A stretch of DNA of 64,000 nt, from positions 109,175 to 173,174 of the forward strand of contig CAZVTQ010000003.1 in NCBI GenBank assembly GCA_964630185.1, read 5' to 3'. How positions within the stretch are numbered: the stretch's first letter is position 1; each line of letters opens with the position of its first letter. Made by a program: the position numbers and the translations under genes. Shown here in pieces: positions 9,400 to 19,042 of the stretch. Under the pieces are notes generated by a model, which worked only from the letters and a program-made list of their open reading frames with translations, ran no database searches and was not told the DNA's origin. This stretch comes from an uncultured Candidatus Saccharibacteria bacterium (GTDB lineage Bacteria; Patescibacteriota; Saccharimonadia; Saccharimonadales; Saccharimonadaceae).

Positions 9400-9975
9400 T
9401 TATATATTTTTTGGGGACTCGTTAGGGTCTTCTTTTATTTTGTGGCTCGTAGGCTCAAAATTTCCCTGTATAAAATCATCGATCAAACCATCGGTGATTG
9501 CGAATACTTCCTGCAGTTTCGTTGCTTCAGTTTCGTTGAATGGGCTGAGCACAAAATCAATATCAGAGCTTCTGCGACCTTCTTGAGCTATGCCGACTCG
9601 TATTCGGCTGTAATCTTCCCCTAAATGGGCGTTGAGGTCCTTTATGCCGTTGTTGCCGGCGTCGCTACCACCTATTCTAGTACGAACTGTCCCAACTGGC
9701 AGTGCGAGTTCGTCATGGACAACCAATATATCGGTATTTTCTAGTTTGTAAAAGTCTTTGAGCGCACGTGCACCGAGTCCGGTTGTGTTGTAGTTATCGG
9801 TAGTTCTAAAAAATAACACCTTTTCACCTGAGCTGTCTTTTTCAGATACATTTGCATGAAATTTAGGTTTTTCTTGCCAGTCACCAGCTAGGCGCTCAAG
9901 CGCCATAAAGCCTGTATTGTGGCGTGTTTTTTTGTAGTTTGCCTCTGGGTTACCGAGACCAATTATCAACTTCAT
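9400..9975 (-). CDS. pth: Peptidyl-tRNA hydrolase
   Basis: MKLIIGLGNPEANYKKTRHNTGF... and VVHDELALPVGTVRTRIGGSDAGNNGIKD are canonical Pth motifs. Confidence 0.95.
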   Translation of the reverse strand: MKLIIGLGNPEANYKKTRHNTGFMALERLAGDWQEKPKFHANVSEKDSSGEKVLFFRTTDNYNTTGLGARALKDFYKLENTDILVVHDELALPVGTVRTRIGGSDAGNNGIKDLNAHLGEDYSRIRVGIAQEGRRSSDIDFVLSPFNETEATKLQEVFAITDGLIDDFIQGNFEPTSHKIKEDPNESPKNI

Positions 9976-10073
9976 AGTTAATAGTGTACAGTATTGCTTT
10001 TTATCAGTGAATATGCCAAAATATGTCTATAACCAATGCAATCCTGCGGAGGTTCGAGTTACGGAGGTGATAT

Positions 10074-10319
10074 ATGTTCCTCAAGCTGGTGCTGATCGCA
10101 GTATTTGCTTGGCTGGCGTATTCACAGTTCAAGAAGACGCCGATGTCCTTTACCAACCTCGTGGTTGGAGCGGTCAGTACGATCGCCTTGATCTTTCTGG
10201 TCTTGGGGCTGTTCGGCCACGTCGTGTTCGTCTTCTCCATCTCGCTGCTGTTGCTGCTCGCCATCGTCCTCGGTTTGTTCTTGTTCGCAAGATCAAAATC
10301 ATCGACACAAAAGACGTAA
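10074..10319 (+). CDS. Small hydrophobic membrane protein (81 aa, 2-3 TM)
   Basis: GGAGGTGATAT precedes the ATG. Very hydrophobic sequence. Followed by a strong hairpin. Sits in a locally GC-elevated patch. Confidence 0.55.
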   Translation: MFLKLVLIAVFAWLAYSQFKKTPMSFTNLVVGAVSTIALIFLVLGLFGHVVFVFSISLLLLLAIVLGLFLFARSKSSTQKT

Positions 10320-10348
10320 TTGCAGCCGGCGCAATATGCTGCCATGTG

Positions 10349-10390
10349 TTGTCTTGGGCAAAAGCCCAAGACAACGCTGGCGGCTTTTTT
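10349..10390. terminator. Hairpin terminator between the convergent small membrane gene and der
   Basis: GTTGTCTTGGGC-AAA-GCCCAAGACAAC (12-bp stem), with a T-run 9 nt downstream. Confidence 0.55.
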
Positions 10391-11714
10391 ATTTGTCCTT
10401 TTTTTCTTCTTGTCGGAAGCTGAATTTAATAGGAGTTCCTATGTAGTCGAATTCCTCACGAACTTTCTTTTCAAGATAACGCTTATAGCTCCAGTGAAGG
10501 AGTTTAAGGTTACTCCCATGCACAACAAACCACGGCGGGTTCGTATCGGTTTGTACCATGTAGCGAAGCTTAGGATAGGTGTTCTTGAGCCCTGCTGGTG
10601 GATGTGCGGCCACTGCTTTTGCTAGTACTTTATTGAGCTTTGCGGTTTGGTGCTCTGCTTTTCGTCTCTTATCAATATCCATAGCAAGACCAAAGATTTT
10701 TGTGACATTTTGTCCGGTGACAGAGCTTGTGAAAATAAGCGGTGCCCATGGGGTGAATTTGAAATAGTAAGCAACTTTTGGTGCTAAAGCATCTCGCGTA
10801 TATGCGTCTTTGCCCTCAACCGAGTCCCATTTACTTACTACGATTATCATGCCTTTGCCAGCTTCGTCGATAAGCCCTGCTAAACGTTGGTCCAGCTGAG
10901 TATTGAGCTCATTAACGTCCATGAGCAGCAAACATACATCAGACTCTTCAATGGCCTGTAGGGTCCGCAACACGCTGAATTTTTCTATTCCAACCTCTTG
11001 CTTGCCTTGTCGGCGTATACCAGCGGTATCGAGAAGCTCAACATCTCGCTTCTGATATTTCATAGATGTTCGGTTGACATCACGGGTAGTTCCAGCGATA
11101 TTCGCTACAATTGCCTGTTGTTTGCCAGCTAGAGTGTTGAAAAGGTGGCTTTTACCCACATTTGGACGACCGATAAGGGCTATGCGAAGAACATCATCAC
11201 TCTCTGTCTGGGTGGCAGCAGGAATGATGGATATTATTTCTTCTAAAACAGTTCGAATACCCTGACTATGTTCGGCACTTGTGGGTAGGATAGCTTTTAT
11301 ACCTAAGCGACGAAATTCTTCTGGGTCGAGGCTACCTTTGAGGTCAGTTTTGTTTGTAAGTAATATGACGGGCTTCTTGCTTTTGAGGGCTTTTTTGGCA
11401 ACAATACGGTCTTGGTCACTAGGGTATTTTGTACTGTCAACGACGACGAGTATAACGTCAGCCGCATCAGCCGCTTCTTCGATCTGCTCTTGTATGCTGG
11501 CTTCAAACTCGTCATCAGGATCTTTTAGTCCAGCGGTATCTACCAACCAAAAATGTCTGTCGTTATACTCTGCCTTGCCTACTACGTTGTCACGTGTTGT
11601 ACCAGCCTCGCGAGCGACAATAGCTTGCTGGGAACGCATAATGCGATTAAATAGGCTGCTTTTGCCAACATTGGTCTGACCGACAATAGCAACGGTTGGT
11701 AGTTTTTTACTCAT
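10389..11714 (-). CDS. der: Ribosome-biogenesis GTPase Der/EngA
   Basis: Two tandem GTPase domains (GQTNVGKSSLFN and GRPNVGKSHLFN; DTAG twice; NKTD/SKWD) plus a KH-like C-terminus. Confidence 0.95.
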   Translation of the reverse strand: MSKKLPTVAIVGQTNVGKSSLFNRIMRSQQAIVAREAGTTRDNVVGKAEYNDRHFWLVDTAGLKDPDDEFEASIQEQIEEAADAADVILVVVDSTKYPSDQDRIVAKKALKSKKPVILLTNKTDLKGSLDPEEFRRLGIKAILPTSAEHSQGIRTVLEEIISIIPAATQTESDDVLRIALIGRPNVGKSHLFNTLAGKQQAIVANIAGTTRDVNRTSMKYQKRDVELLDTAGIRRQGKQEVGIEKFSVLRTLQAIEESDVCLLLMDVNELNTQLDQRLAGLIDEAGKGMIIVVSKWDSVEGKDAYTRDALAPKVAYYFKFTPWAPLIFTSSVTGQNVTKIFGLAMDIDKRRKAEHQTAKLNKVLAKAVAAHPPAGLKNTYPKLRYMVQTDTNPPWFVVHGSNLKLLHWSYKRYLEKKVREEFDYIGTPIKFSFRQEEKKDK

Positions 11715-11839
11715 AATTTTATTTATTATAACAGAGGTAGCGTGAAAAGTAAAAAGGCGCCCCCGAAGGGACGCCTGCGCAGTTTAGGAGTTGCGTCTCC
11801 AATGGTTCATTCTCGACATAAAGAAGAGTGCCATTCCCA

Positions 11840-12184
11840 TCACGTTGCCTCCGCTTCTGTCTCTGCAGTTGAAAGCTTGTCTGCTGCAACTGCGTAGGCA
11901 AAACCACCCGACATCATATGGAATATGATGATTGAGACTACCGTAGCAGTATCAATGTCTCCATCTGTCCGGAAGTGTCCTGCTTGCCATGTATCGAAGT
12001 AATTCCAATACAAGTACAGTCCAATGATCGAAACGATCCAGAGTAGCGGTGTTAGTGTTCTGACGATGATCCGCTGTGGAGTTTCGGGCAATGTTTTGTC
12101 GTAGAACAGTGTTCCCGCCAAGGCAACGAGCAATGGCAGTAGAGCTGTTACGCCCACAAGCACCTTGAGCACAAGTGGTGACAT
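11840..12184 (-). CDS. Hypothetical 3-TM membrane protein
   Basis: 114 aa, three hydrophobic helices. GC-elevated relative to the flanks. No recognisable family. Confidence 0.5.
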   Translation of the reverse strand: MSPLVLKVLVGVTALLPLLVALAGTLFYDKTLPETPQRIIVRTLTPLLWIVSIIGLYLYWNYFDTWQAGHFRTDGDIDTATVVSIIIFHMMSGGFAYAVAADKLSTAETEAEAT

Positions 12185-12202
12185 ATTCAGACCTCCCTCT
12201 CG

Positions 12203-12553
12203 TTACTTACCAGGTGCTGCCACAGGGTTCAGAGTGATTCCTGCGACTACCTGTCTAGTGAGACTGCAGGTACTGCCTGAAGCCTGTAGCACGTATGACG
12301 GTGTGAGGCTTTGTTTACGACCGAGATTTGTCATCTCCGCGTAAGTCTGTTGGTACTCAAGTAGAGAGTTGATATAAATCGATTTCTCCCGATCACCTCT
12401 CTTAAGACAGACAGCAGCAGCTGAACTGTTGACCTTCTTGAGCTTGTCCTTGCCCTCCCCGACTCTGTCCCAGTCTAGGAAGTTGCATCCGGTCAGACTG
12501 AATGCCATCACTAGGCCTATGACAATCGTCAATACGCGAACAGTGTGCCGCAT
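12203..12553 (-). CDS. Hypothetical lipoprotein
   Basis: Start moved to the ATG at 12553 (AAGGA 9 nt upstream). Signal peptide with lipobox SLTGC. TTGACA-N17-CATTAT lies upstream. Confidence 0.55.
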   Translation of the reverse strand: MRHTVRVLTIVIGLVMAFSLTGCNFLDWDRVGEGKDKLKKVNSSAAAVCLKRGDREKSIYINSLLEYQQTYAEMTNLGRKQSLTPSYVLQASGSTCSLTRQVVAGITLNPVAAPGK

Positions 12554-12629
12554 ATTCTCACGTCCTTTCGGGTTGATTAACAAAACGTAAGACTAGGTAT
12601 ATAATGACAAAATATTGTTAATATGTCAA

Positions 12630-13295
12630 CTATACGTCAATTAATCTATATCTACCTTCACCTAAATTGCCTAGTGAAAAATTACCAAATTGTGTACGGT
12701 GAAGCTTTGTAACTGTGTAGCCTAAGCTGCCAAAAGTCCGACGAATTTGTCGGTTGCGACCCTCTTTCATAGTTATTTTGTAGCCTTTTTTGTCGAGTTT
12801 TTCGACTAAAAATTGGCTTACACCATCTTCTAACTGAACGCCGTGGTCCGATATCATCTGTTGGTGCAAAGGTTCGAGCGGTTTGTCTAGTTCTACCTCA
12901 TATATTTTCACCTTTGAAAAGCTTGGGTGTGTCATGCTGTGTGAGAAATCGCCATCATTTGTGAGCAAAATAATACCAGAACTATCTCGATCGAGACGAC
13001 CCACTAGTTTAAGATAATGCATTTCAGGTGGCAGCAGTGAATAAATCGTTGGGCTGTCACCCTGCTTGTGGCGTGAACTGACGTATCCAACAGGTTTGTT
13101 GAGTGCGATATATGCGAGCTTGCTTGTCTTGTTGATACTTTCCCCACTTACTTTAATATCAGAATTTTCATCAATCTGTTGCCCAAGTTGAGCAACACCG
13201 CCATCAACGCTTACTTGTTTTTTCTCAATCAAACTATCGGCTTCACGTCGTGAGATACCTAAAATAAGAGCAATATGTTTATTGAGACGAGTCAT
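12630..13295 (-). CDS. RsuA/RluB-family rRNA pseudouridine synthase (S4 domain plus catalytic domain)
   Basis: N-terminal S4-like segment and catalytic motif VGRLDRDSSGIILLTNDGDF. Confidence 0.85.
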   Translation of the reverse strand: MTRLNKHIALILGISRREADSLIEKKQVSVDGGVAQLGQQIDENSDIKVSGESINKTSKLAYIALNKPVGYVSSRHKQGDSPTIYSLLPPEMHYLKLVGRLDRDSSGIILLTNDGDFSHSMTHPSFSKVKIYEVELDKPLEPLHQQMISDHGVQLEDGVSQFLVEKLDKKGYKITMKEGRNRQIRRTFGSLGYTVTKLHRTQFGNFSLGNLGEGRYRLIDV

Positions 13296-13311
13296 TAGCC
13301 TCCATTATAGC

Positions 13312-14241
13312 CTATAGTGTAGGCGGAGTAAGTGGAGTCTCTGTTGACGCTGTGTCTTCAGATGCTGGTGCAGGAGGTGGAACTGGAGCACTAGGTTCAG
13401 GTACTACTGGCGCAGGAGGTGTTGTAGCCGCAGGTTCGTCTGCGGGAGGTGGCGTTGGTACCGCTGCTGCAGCATCGGCTACAGGAGTTGGTGGTACTGG
13501 TGCATCCATTGAAACAGATCCGGTTGAGTCCATTGGAGGAACGGCAGACGATGCGCCGTCAGGTACATTTTCAACATCTTGGATTGATGATTTAAACTCA
13601 TTGTCGATCAACTCGCCAACATCAACATTACTTACTCGAGGGTTATCTTTCAAAGGCTGTATAACTCGATCGCCTAAGCCGCTAGGTCGTGCGCCTGTAA
13701 ATGGTGCAGTAGGTTGAGGGATGGTGGTTGAAGAAGCAACCTCTGATACAGGCTGATCTGGTGAAGGCGCTGCTGGTGGTGTTGGTGGAATTGCACCGGC
13801 TACTGCTGCTGCAGGATTTGGAGCTGCCGCCGGAACTGCTCCGGGTGCTGCTGGCGCAGGACTTGCTCCAGGTTTGTCAGCAAGAACTTGATGTACTGCT
13901 TTTACAACATCTTCAATACCAACTTGAGATTTCACTAGGTACATATCGGCGCCTAGTTGTTCACCACGCTTGCGTTGTTCGTCACTAGAAAGCGCGGTCA
14001 TCATGATAACTTTGATGTCTTTTGTTTCAGTTGTAGAGCGCAAAATGTCCAGCATGTCGAAACCGCTGATTTTTGGCATCATAACATCGCTTACTATTAG
14101 ATCGGGTCGGTCTTTTATAGCCATAGCTAGGGCTTCTTCACCGTCTCCAGCAGAAACAATGTCATAACCCTCGGCGAGTAGTCTTACTCCGTATATTTCG
14201 CGTAGGCTCTTGTCATCTTCGACAAGCATAATTTTTGTCAT
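13312..14241 (-). CDS. Response regulator: receiver domain plus a Pro/Ala-rich low-complexity tail of about 190 aa
   Basis: Receiver hallmarks VEDD, SDVMMP, MMTALS and KS. No recognisable output domain. The tail is dominated by P, A, V and T. Confidence 0.85.
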   Translation of the reverse strand: MTKIMLVEDDKSLREIYGVRLLAEGYDIVSAGDGEEALAMAIKDRPDLIVSDVMMPKISGFDMLDILRSTTETKDIKVIMMTALSSDEQRKRGEQLGADMYLVKSQVGIEDVVKAVHQVLADKPGASPAPAAPGAVPAAAPNPAAAVAGAIPPTPPAAPSPDQPVSEVASSTTIPQPTAPFTGARPSGLGDRVIQPLKDNPRVSNVDVGELIDNEFKSSIQDVENVPDGASSAVPPMDSTGSVSMDAPVPPTPVADAAAAVPTPPPADEPAATTPPAPVVPEPSAPVPPPAPASEDTASTETPLTPPTL

Positions 14242-14292
14242 ATTACCCCCATTTTAAATGTTACTTTGCAAAAATGCTAGTGCTTTTTTTAT

Positions 14293-16011
14293 TTACATCA
14301 GGTCGGCCGGTGTCGTCTCTATTTTTCGGGTTGCTTCTTCATGTGATAAGCGTACAAATTCTACAAAAAAGGTGCTTCCATCGCCTTGTCGACTCTCGAG
14401 CCATAACCGTCCACCCATTGTCTCTACTAGTCTACGACACAAATACAGACCAAGTCCAGTACCACCTATATCGCGAGTATCGGTATTGTCGACACGATAG
14501 AATTTTTGGAACAAATGCACTTGGTCTTCTTTTGGAATACCAATACCTGTGTCGTGTACTGATAACACTGCTTTGGTTGCGTCTCCAGTAATATCTACAG
14601 TGACATTACCTGTCTTGGTATATTTTATAGCGTTTTCAATAAGGTTGCTTGCAACTTCACGCAGGTGGTCATTATCGACATCAACATAATACACAGGGTT
14701 AAGTGGCCGACCAGCACCACTGGCCTGTACGGTAGGTTTAAATAACAAAACTAGCCCTTTTTCCTTAGCTCTGGTGTCAAACGTACGTACGATCTCACCA
14801 ACAAAACTTACAAGATCGACAACCTTCGGAGTGTTTTTGAGGCGTCCATCCTCTACCCTAGAAATATCAAGTAGATCTTGAAAAAGTCGGCCTAGGTGTT
14901 GGATGCTCTCGTTTGCTTTCAATAAATAGTCACGAGCTTTTGCGTCTATCGTAGCTGTGGCTGGGTTTAAGGCGAGACCAAGATAGCCTTCAATTGTTGC
15001 CACTGGTGTACGCATTTCGTGGCTGGCGGTCGAGATGAATTCGGCTTGTTGTCGCTCCTCTTCCTTTTCGTGGGTAATATCGCGAAATACAATGATAGCT
15101 CCAGCTCCGATCTGCCCGACTGGCGATGCTGAAACAGATATAAGCAACTTTTTGCCAGAGCTGGTTTCTAGCTGTAGGTCATTTGTTGTTATGGGATTGT
15201 TGGTCCTTAGAACTTGCTGAATCGGGTCGGTATTTTCATTTACTACTTCACCGGTTTTGCTGAGTAGCTTTATGACCGATTTATAGTCGAGCTTCAAAGC
15301 ATCCTGCTTTCCCCAGCCGATGATTGACTGAGCTGCTGGGTTAATAAGTTGAATTGTACCCTGTGAGTCCACAGCTACTACTCCGTCGTTGATAGCGTTA
15401 ATTACTATTTCAGATTTGTTGGCAACTTGGCTTAGCTCGCGTACAAGTTCGCTGTAAGCCTTGTCTTTGGCGCGGTCAGGGTGTGATTTGTGATGCCATA
15501 TGAGCCAGCTTGCGAGTATCGGTACCTCATAGGCAAGTAAATAGACTAAAAGCTGTGATTGAATATCAACACTTTTAAATAGAAATATTTCTAGCAGTAG
15601 ATATAGATTAACGGCAATCATGAAGCCGACGAGCATCCTCCAGCCAAATAAGCCAGCGAAAACACTGGCAAGTATCCAAAGAGCGATAAATGGCGAAGTT
15701 ACGGGGTTTGTCAGCACTAGTAGTAGAGCTACGTTTACACAAAGTCCAATGTATACGGCTAAGGTTATTTGCTCTAGTTTTTCTCGTGGCGCAAAAAGAT
15801 ACGCTCCAAAACTTGTTATGGCGACTATAACTGAGGTAATTGCAACTGGCAAGGGCACTATAAAGTTGGCTGTAACAACACTATCGCTCGTAAAATAGCC
15901 AAAAGCAAAAAAGGCAATCAAAAAGAGTGACACAAAGAAAGATATCTCGCATATGCGGCGATACCAAAAAGCTGAAATGGTAAATGTCGACTCGTCCGAG
16001 TTTATCCCCAC
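14293..16011 (-). CDS. Membrane sensor histidine kinase with PAS domain
   Basis: Multi-TM N-terminus, a PAS-like segment, H-box STASHEMRTPV, N box NLIENAIKYT, G boxes DTGIGI and GGTGLGLYL. The start codon is uncertain: the GTG is immediately preceded by GGAGG. Confidence 0.9.
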   Translation of the reverse strand: MGINSDESTFTISAFWYRRICEISFFVSLFLIAFFAFGYFTSDSVVTANFIVPLPVAITSVIVAITSFGAYLFAPREKLEQITLAVYIGLCVNVALLLVLTNPVTSPFIALWILASVFAGLFGWRMLVGFMIAVNLYLLLEIFLFKSVDIQSQLLVYLLAYEVPILASWLIWHHKSHPDRAKDKAYSELVRELSQVANKSEIVINAINDGVVAVDSQGTIQLINPAAQSIIGWGKQDALKLDYKSVIKLLSKTGEVVNENTDPIQQVLRTNNPITTNDLQLETSSGKKLLISVSASPVGQIGAGAIIVFRDITHEKEEERQQAEFISTASHEMRTPVATIEGYLGLALNPATATIDAKARDYLLKANESIQHLGRLFQDLLDISRVEDGRLKNTPKVVDLVSFVGEIVRTFDTRAKEKGLVLLFKPTVQASGAGRPLNPVYYVDVDNDHLREVASNLIENAIKYTKTGNVTVDITGDATKAVLSVHDTGIGIPKEDQVHLFQKFYRVDNTDTRDIGGTGLGLYLCRRLVETMGGRLWLESRQGDGSTFFVEFVRLSHEEATRKIETTPADLM

Positions 16012-16082
16012 CCTCCTCTTTGTTATTGTTAATGATTATTATCGCAAAAATAAGAGCTGTTGTATAGAGGAGTTTTGTGAAT

Positions 16083-16129
16083 AAAAAAATGGGGCGACCT
16101 CCTGTTCGAAATGAACAAGAGATCGCCCC
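16083..16129 (-). terminator. Intrinsic terminator downstream of TerD
   Basis: On the minus strand: GGGGCGATCTCTTGTTCA-TTTCG-AACAGGAGGTCGCCCC followed by ATTTTTTT. Confidence 0.7.
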
Positions 16130-16182
16130 GTGGGCTGATTACTACGCTGTAAAAGCGATGTAATCGGTTCAGTCAACCGTGA

Positions 16183-16767
16183 CTAGGCGGCTACGCCAAC
16201 ACCGTGGTCGGCGCAGAGGCCTTCCAGTCCGTTGTTGTACCCGTCGCCGACAGCCTTGAACTTCCACTCGCCGTCCTTGCGGTACAGCTTGCCGAAAATG
16301 ACGGCTGTTTCGAGTGAGTAGTCATCGCTGAGGTCGAAGCGAGCCAGCTCGGCTCCGGACTGATCGCAGACGCGCATGAACGCGTTCTGGACACCGCCGA
16401 AGTTCTGGTTGCGCGACGCGGCGTCGTAGATGGTGACAGCGACAATGATCTCCACGATCGACAGCGGCAAATTTGCCAGGTCGATGTTGATTGATTCGTC
16501 GTCGCCGTCGCCGGCACCGGTGCGGTTGTCGCCTGTGTGATGGATAGTGCCGTCGGGGCTGTCGAAGTTGTCGTAAAAGACAAACCAGCCCTCACCCGGC
16601 ACCTTGCCGGAGGCGTCGACCGCAAATACCGAAGCATCGAGGTCGAATTCGGCACCAGCTGTGCCTCCCTTTTGGTCCCAGCCGAGACCGACTGTGACAT
16701 TGGAGAGCTGGCCGCCAGCTTCCTTTGTGAGGCTGACGTTGCCTCCCTTTTGCAGTGAAACGGGCAT
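16183..16767 (-). CDS. terD: TerD-family stress protein
   Basis: VSLQKGGNVSLTK...VGLGWD...FDLDASVF...GDNRTGAGDGDDESINIDL...YNNGLEGL is the canonical TerD/TerZ/TerE Ca-binding fold signature. Start set at the ATG at 16767 (AAAGGAAAC upstream). Confidence 0.9.
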   Translation of the reverse strand: MPVSLQKGGNVSLTKEAGGQLSNVTVGLGWDQKGGTAGAEFDLDASVFAVDASGKVPGEGWFVFYDNFDSPDGTIHHTGDNRTGAGDGDDESINIDLANLPLSIVEIIVAVTIYDAASRNQNFGGVQNAFMRVCDQSGAELARFDLSDDYSLETAVIFGKLYRKDGEWKFKAVGDGYNNGLEGLCADHGVGVAA

Positions 16768-16810
16768 GAGCACGTTTCCTTTCTGGAGTGTGTACTCCGA
16801 TTGTTGGATA

Positions 16811-17962
16811 TTACTCTTTCCCTCGTTGTCCGAGAAGATCGAGAATATGGGTTAGACGTCCGGTTCCCTTCATTTCCAGCTGAAGCTTTCCATTGCCGTC
16901 GTTAGACGGATAGAAAGCAATCAATTGACCTGGTTTGAAGGTTCGCTCGCCTATTTGAACTGGGTAGCGCACTAGAAATTGAGACTGCCATGGAATGTTT
17001 CCATATCCACGACCATGTCGCCTTCTAATGCGATCTGTGCGAAGTGCCTCTTCCAGTTGGTTTGACAACTGAACTGCGGCTGCCGGATTGGCAACCGAGG
17101 TCCAAAAGTCAGTCAACTGTTGAGTGCTCTCATTGCTCTTTTGCTTGATCTCCTTTTGCAAGGGATCTGTAAGTAGCCACGGGTCAAAACCAAGCTCGAG
17201 TTCGTTCAAGGTCGGCTGACGAGTCAGCGCTTCCTTGTAGACGTTCCCAAGTAGGTATGGTGCCCACAGCTTCTGGCCAATCGCAAACACAAGTTCTGCA
17301 ATTGGTACTGCCTTTTTGAGTACTTGCACCGAGTTATTCGTGGTTGTTGTCGCTTCCCAGCTTTTGCTGAGTTGCTTAAACACCACGAGCTGCGGTTGCA
17401 ACTGTTTGACGACCTCTTGGTGTAAAGCTTGCATACGAGACGGAATCCCGTAGTATTCGATCACCGCAAGGTCATCTTGTACCTGCTCGATGACGCAGCG
17501 ACATGCGCACCACACACCCGCAAAGTCTTCCAGCCTTAGTTTCAAGTCCGGAAATTCTGCTAGTTGCGCGTTGAGCGGTCGTGTGCCCATGCTTGACTCG
17601 GCAGTTGCTTGCACAGAGTGCAGCATTGCTTCGTCGGCATAGTCACACAGTGCATCACCTTGTTCATATGCCTTTTTGGGCAATGTCTCTTCCGTTTGAT
17701 AGGATTCGACAACACCGTCTAGAAAGCATGTACTCATCTGCCACAACATTGCTGCGAGCCAGTGGCTGTGCAGAAGTGTCAGGGCTGATATCGGCAGTTC
17801 CCAGATAGCCGAGTTGGCAGTGCTCAAGCCTTGTATCTGCGCATCAAATGCGTCGACAGCTTGAGTTTGCCCCTCGACAGTTCGTGTGAGAAGTTCGACA
17901 ACCTGTGGGTCACCGATTGTGCTAGGCCCTAAACGGCCGTACACCTGGGCGATCCCAGACAT
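16811..17962 (-). CDS. Hypothetical protein (383 aa) co-oriented with and immediately upstream of TerD
   Basis: Long clean ORF with AAAAGGAG upstream of the ATG. No family recognised. 43-nt gap to terD. Confidence 0.6.
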   Translation of the reverse strand: MSGIAQVYGRLGPSTIGDPQVVELLTRTVEGQTQAVDAFDAQIQGLSTANSAIWELPISALTLLHSHWLAAMLWQMSTCFLDGVVESYQTEETLPKKAYEQGDALCDYADEAMLHSVQATAESSMGTRPLNAQLAEFPDLKLRLEDFAGVWCACRCVIEQVQDDLAVIEYYGIPSRMQALHQEVVKQLQPQLVVFKQLSKSWEATTTTNNSVQVLKKAVPIAELVFAIGQKLWAPYLLGNVYKEALTRQPTLNELELGFDPWLLTDPLQKEIKQKSNESTQQLTDFWTSVANPAAAVQLSNQLEEALRTDRIRRRHGRGYGNIPWQSQFLVRYPVQIGERTFKPGQLIAFYPSNDGNGKLQLEMKGTGRLTHILDLLGQRGKE

Positions 17963-18047
17963 GTCTTACTCCTTTTGGAAGTGGGTTGACTGAATTGTTA
18001 AGTTGCCCCTCAAGGTTTTGAAAATCTCCACCGAGAAGCTGTATAAA

Positions 18048-18076
18048 ATTGTATCATATAAAAATATACTATGCAA
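18048..18076 (-). promoter_or_regulatory. Candidate promoter TTGCAT-N17-TACAAT for the 383-aa-ORF/terD operon
   Basis: The -35 is at 18076..18071 and the -10 at 18053..18048, in an AT-rich divergent intergenic region. Confidence 0.4.
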
Positions 18077-18101
18077 TAACTTTATTAAAGATACAAAGGC
18101 A

Positions 18102-18130
18102 TTGACTAGTATTGTTTTTTCAATTACTAT
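18102..18130 (+). promoter_or_regulatory. Candidate promoter TTGACT-N17-TACTAT for the vWA gene
   Basis: The -35 is at 18102-18107 and the -10 at 18125-18130. Confidence 0.4.
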
Positions 18131-18202
18131 AGTATGGTTGACAGAAAGTGTCAAGGTAGCTTACAAAAGGCAATCAATCTAGTCACCCAGGAGGTGTCTA
18201 AT

Positions 18203-18997
18203 ATGGGCGTTTCGCTCAACAAAGTACAGGACCAAGCTCCGCACATGGTCGATCTGGTCAAAAAAGGAGGTGTGGTTCTCGAAAAGAAGGGCATCAACCC
18301 AGACCTGTACAAGGCAGCGGTGATCGCAACTCTCGATCACTCAGGCTCTGCAGCCGGGCTGTACGACAGGGGGCTGATGCAGGAGGTTGCTGACATTGCG
18401 TTCGCAGCCGGACTGTTGTTCGACGATGACGGCTCAGTGCCCGTATCGTTGTTCGACAATACCATCAATCCTCTCGGTGAGATGGATCTGGCGAACTGTC
18501 GCAGCTTCGTTTCGCAGCACACTCGTTACCGCTACGGTGGTACGAGTTACAAGACTGCACTCGAGTGGATCGTTGACGAGGCCGGTTTCGGCGGAATCAA
18601 CCTCGGTGGTTCTAGCGGTGGAGGAGGTTTCTTCCGCAGCAAGAGCAGTGGTGGCAACCTCGAAGTCAAGGCAACTGCCGAATACCCGGTCTACGCCATT
18701 TTCGTCACGGACGGCGAACCTCAAGATGGTGCGGCCGCAGCGGAGTACCTTCGCCTGATGAGTCAGCTGCCGATTTTCGTGCAGTTCATCGGCGTCGGTC
18801 CTCACTCGTTCTCTTTCCTGAAGGGGCTCGATGACATGGATGGTCGCCTGATCGACAACGCGAACTTCTTCGATGCGAAGGACGCCGGCAACGATCAGGG
18901 CAAGATGCTCGAGCTGATGCTTGGGGAATTCCCGGACTACTACACGCTCGCGCGTCAGCAGGGACTGATCAGCCAGGGAGCCGCAGTCGTCAGCTAA
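18203..18997 (+). CDS. vWA domain protein of the TerF-C-terminal (vWA-TerF-like) type
   Basis: Start set at the ATG at 18203 (CAGGAGG upstream). MIDAS-like LDHSGSA, TDGEP, and a Gly-rich linker. Located in a Ter cluster. Confidence 0.75.
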   Translation: MGVSLNKVQDQAPHMVDLVKKGGVVLEKKGINPDLYKAAVIATLDHSGSAAGLYDRGLMQEVADIAFAAGLLFDDDGSVPVSLFDNTINPLGEMDLANCRSFVSQHTRYRYGGTSYKTALEWIVDEAGFGGINLGGSSGGGGFFRSKSSGGNLEVKATAEYPVYAIFVTDGEPQDGAAAAEYLRLMSQLPIFVQFIGVGPHSFSFLKGLDDMDGRLIDNANFFDAKDAGNDQGKMLELMLGEFPDYYTLARQQGLISQGAAVVS

Positions 18998-19003
18998 ACA
19001 ATT

Positions 19004-19042
19004 GGGACTGTGCGGATGGATTTTTATCCTCCGTGCAGTCCC
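19004..19042 (+). terminator. Hairpin after the vWA gene
   Basis: GGGACTGTGCGGATGGA-TTTTT-ATCCTCCGTGCAGTCCC. No clear T-run follows. Confidence 0.4.

Noticed and set aside
10004-10625. Overlapping ORFs 10004-10369 (-), 10007-10423 (+), 10174-10374 (-) and 10320-10625 (+).
   Set aside because: They are mutually exclusive with the RBS-preceded hydrophobic 81-aa ORF and with der. The Arg-rich translations are typical of an off-frame GC-rich patch.
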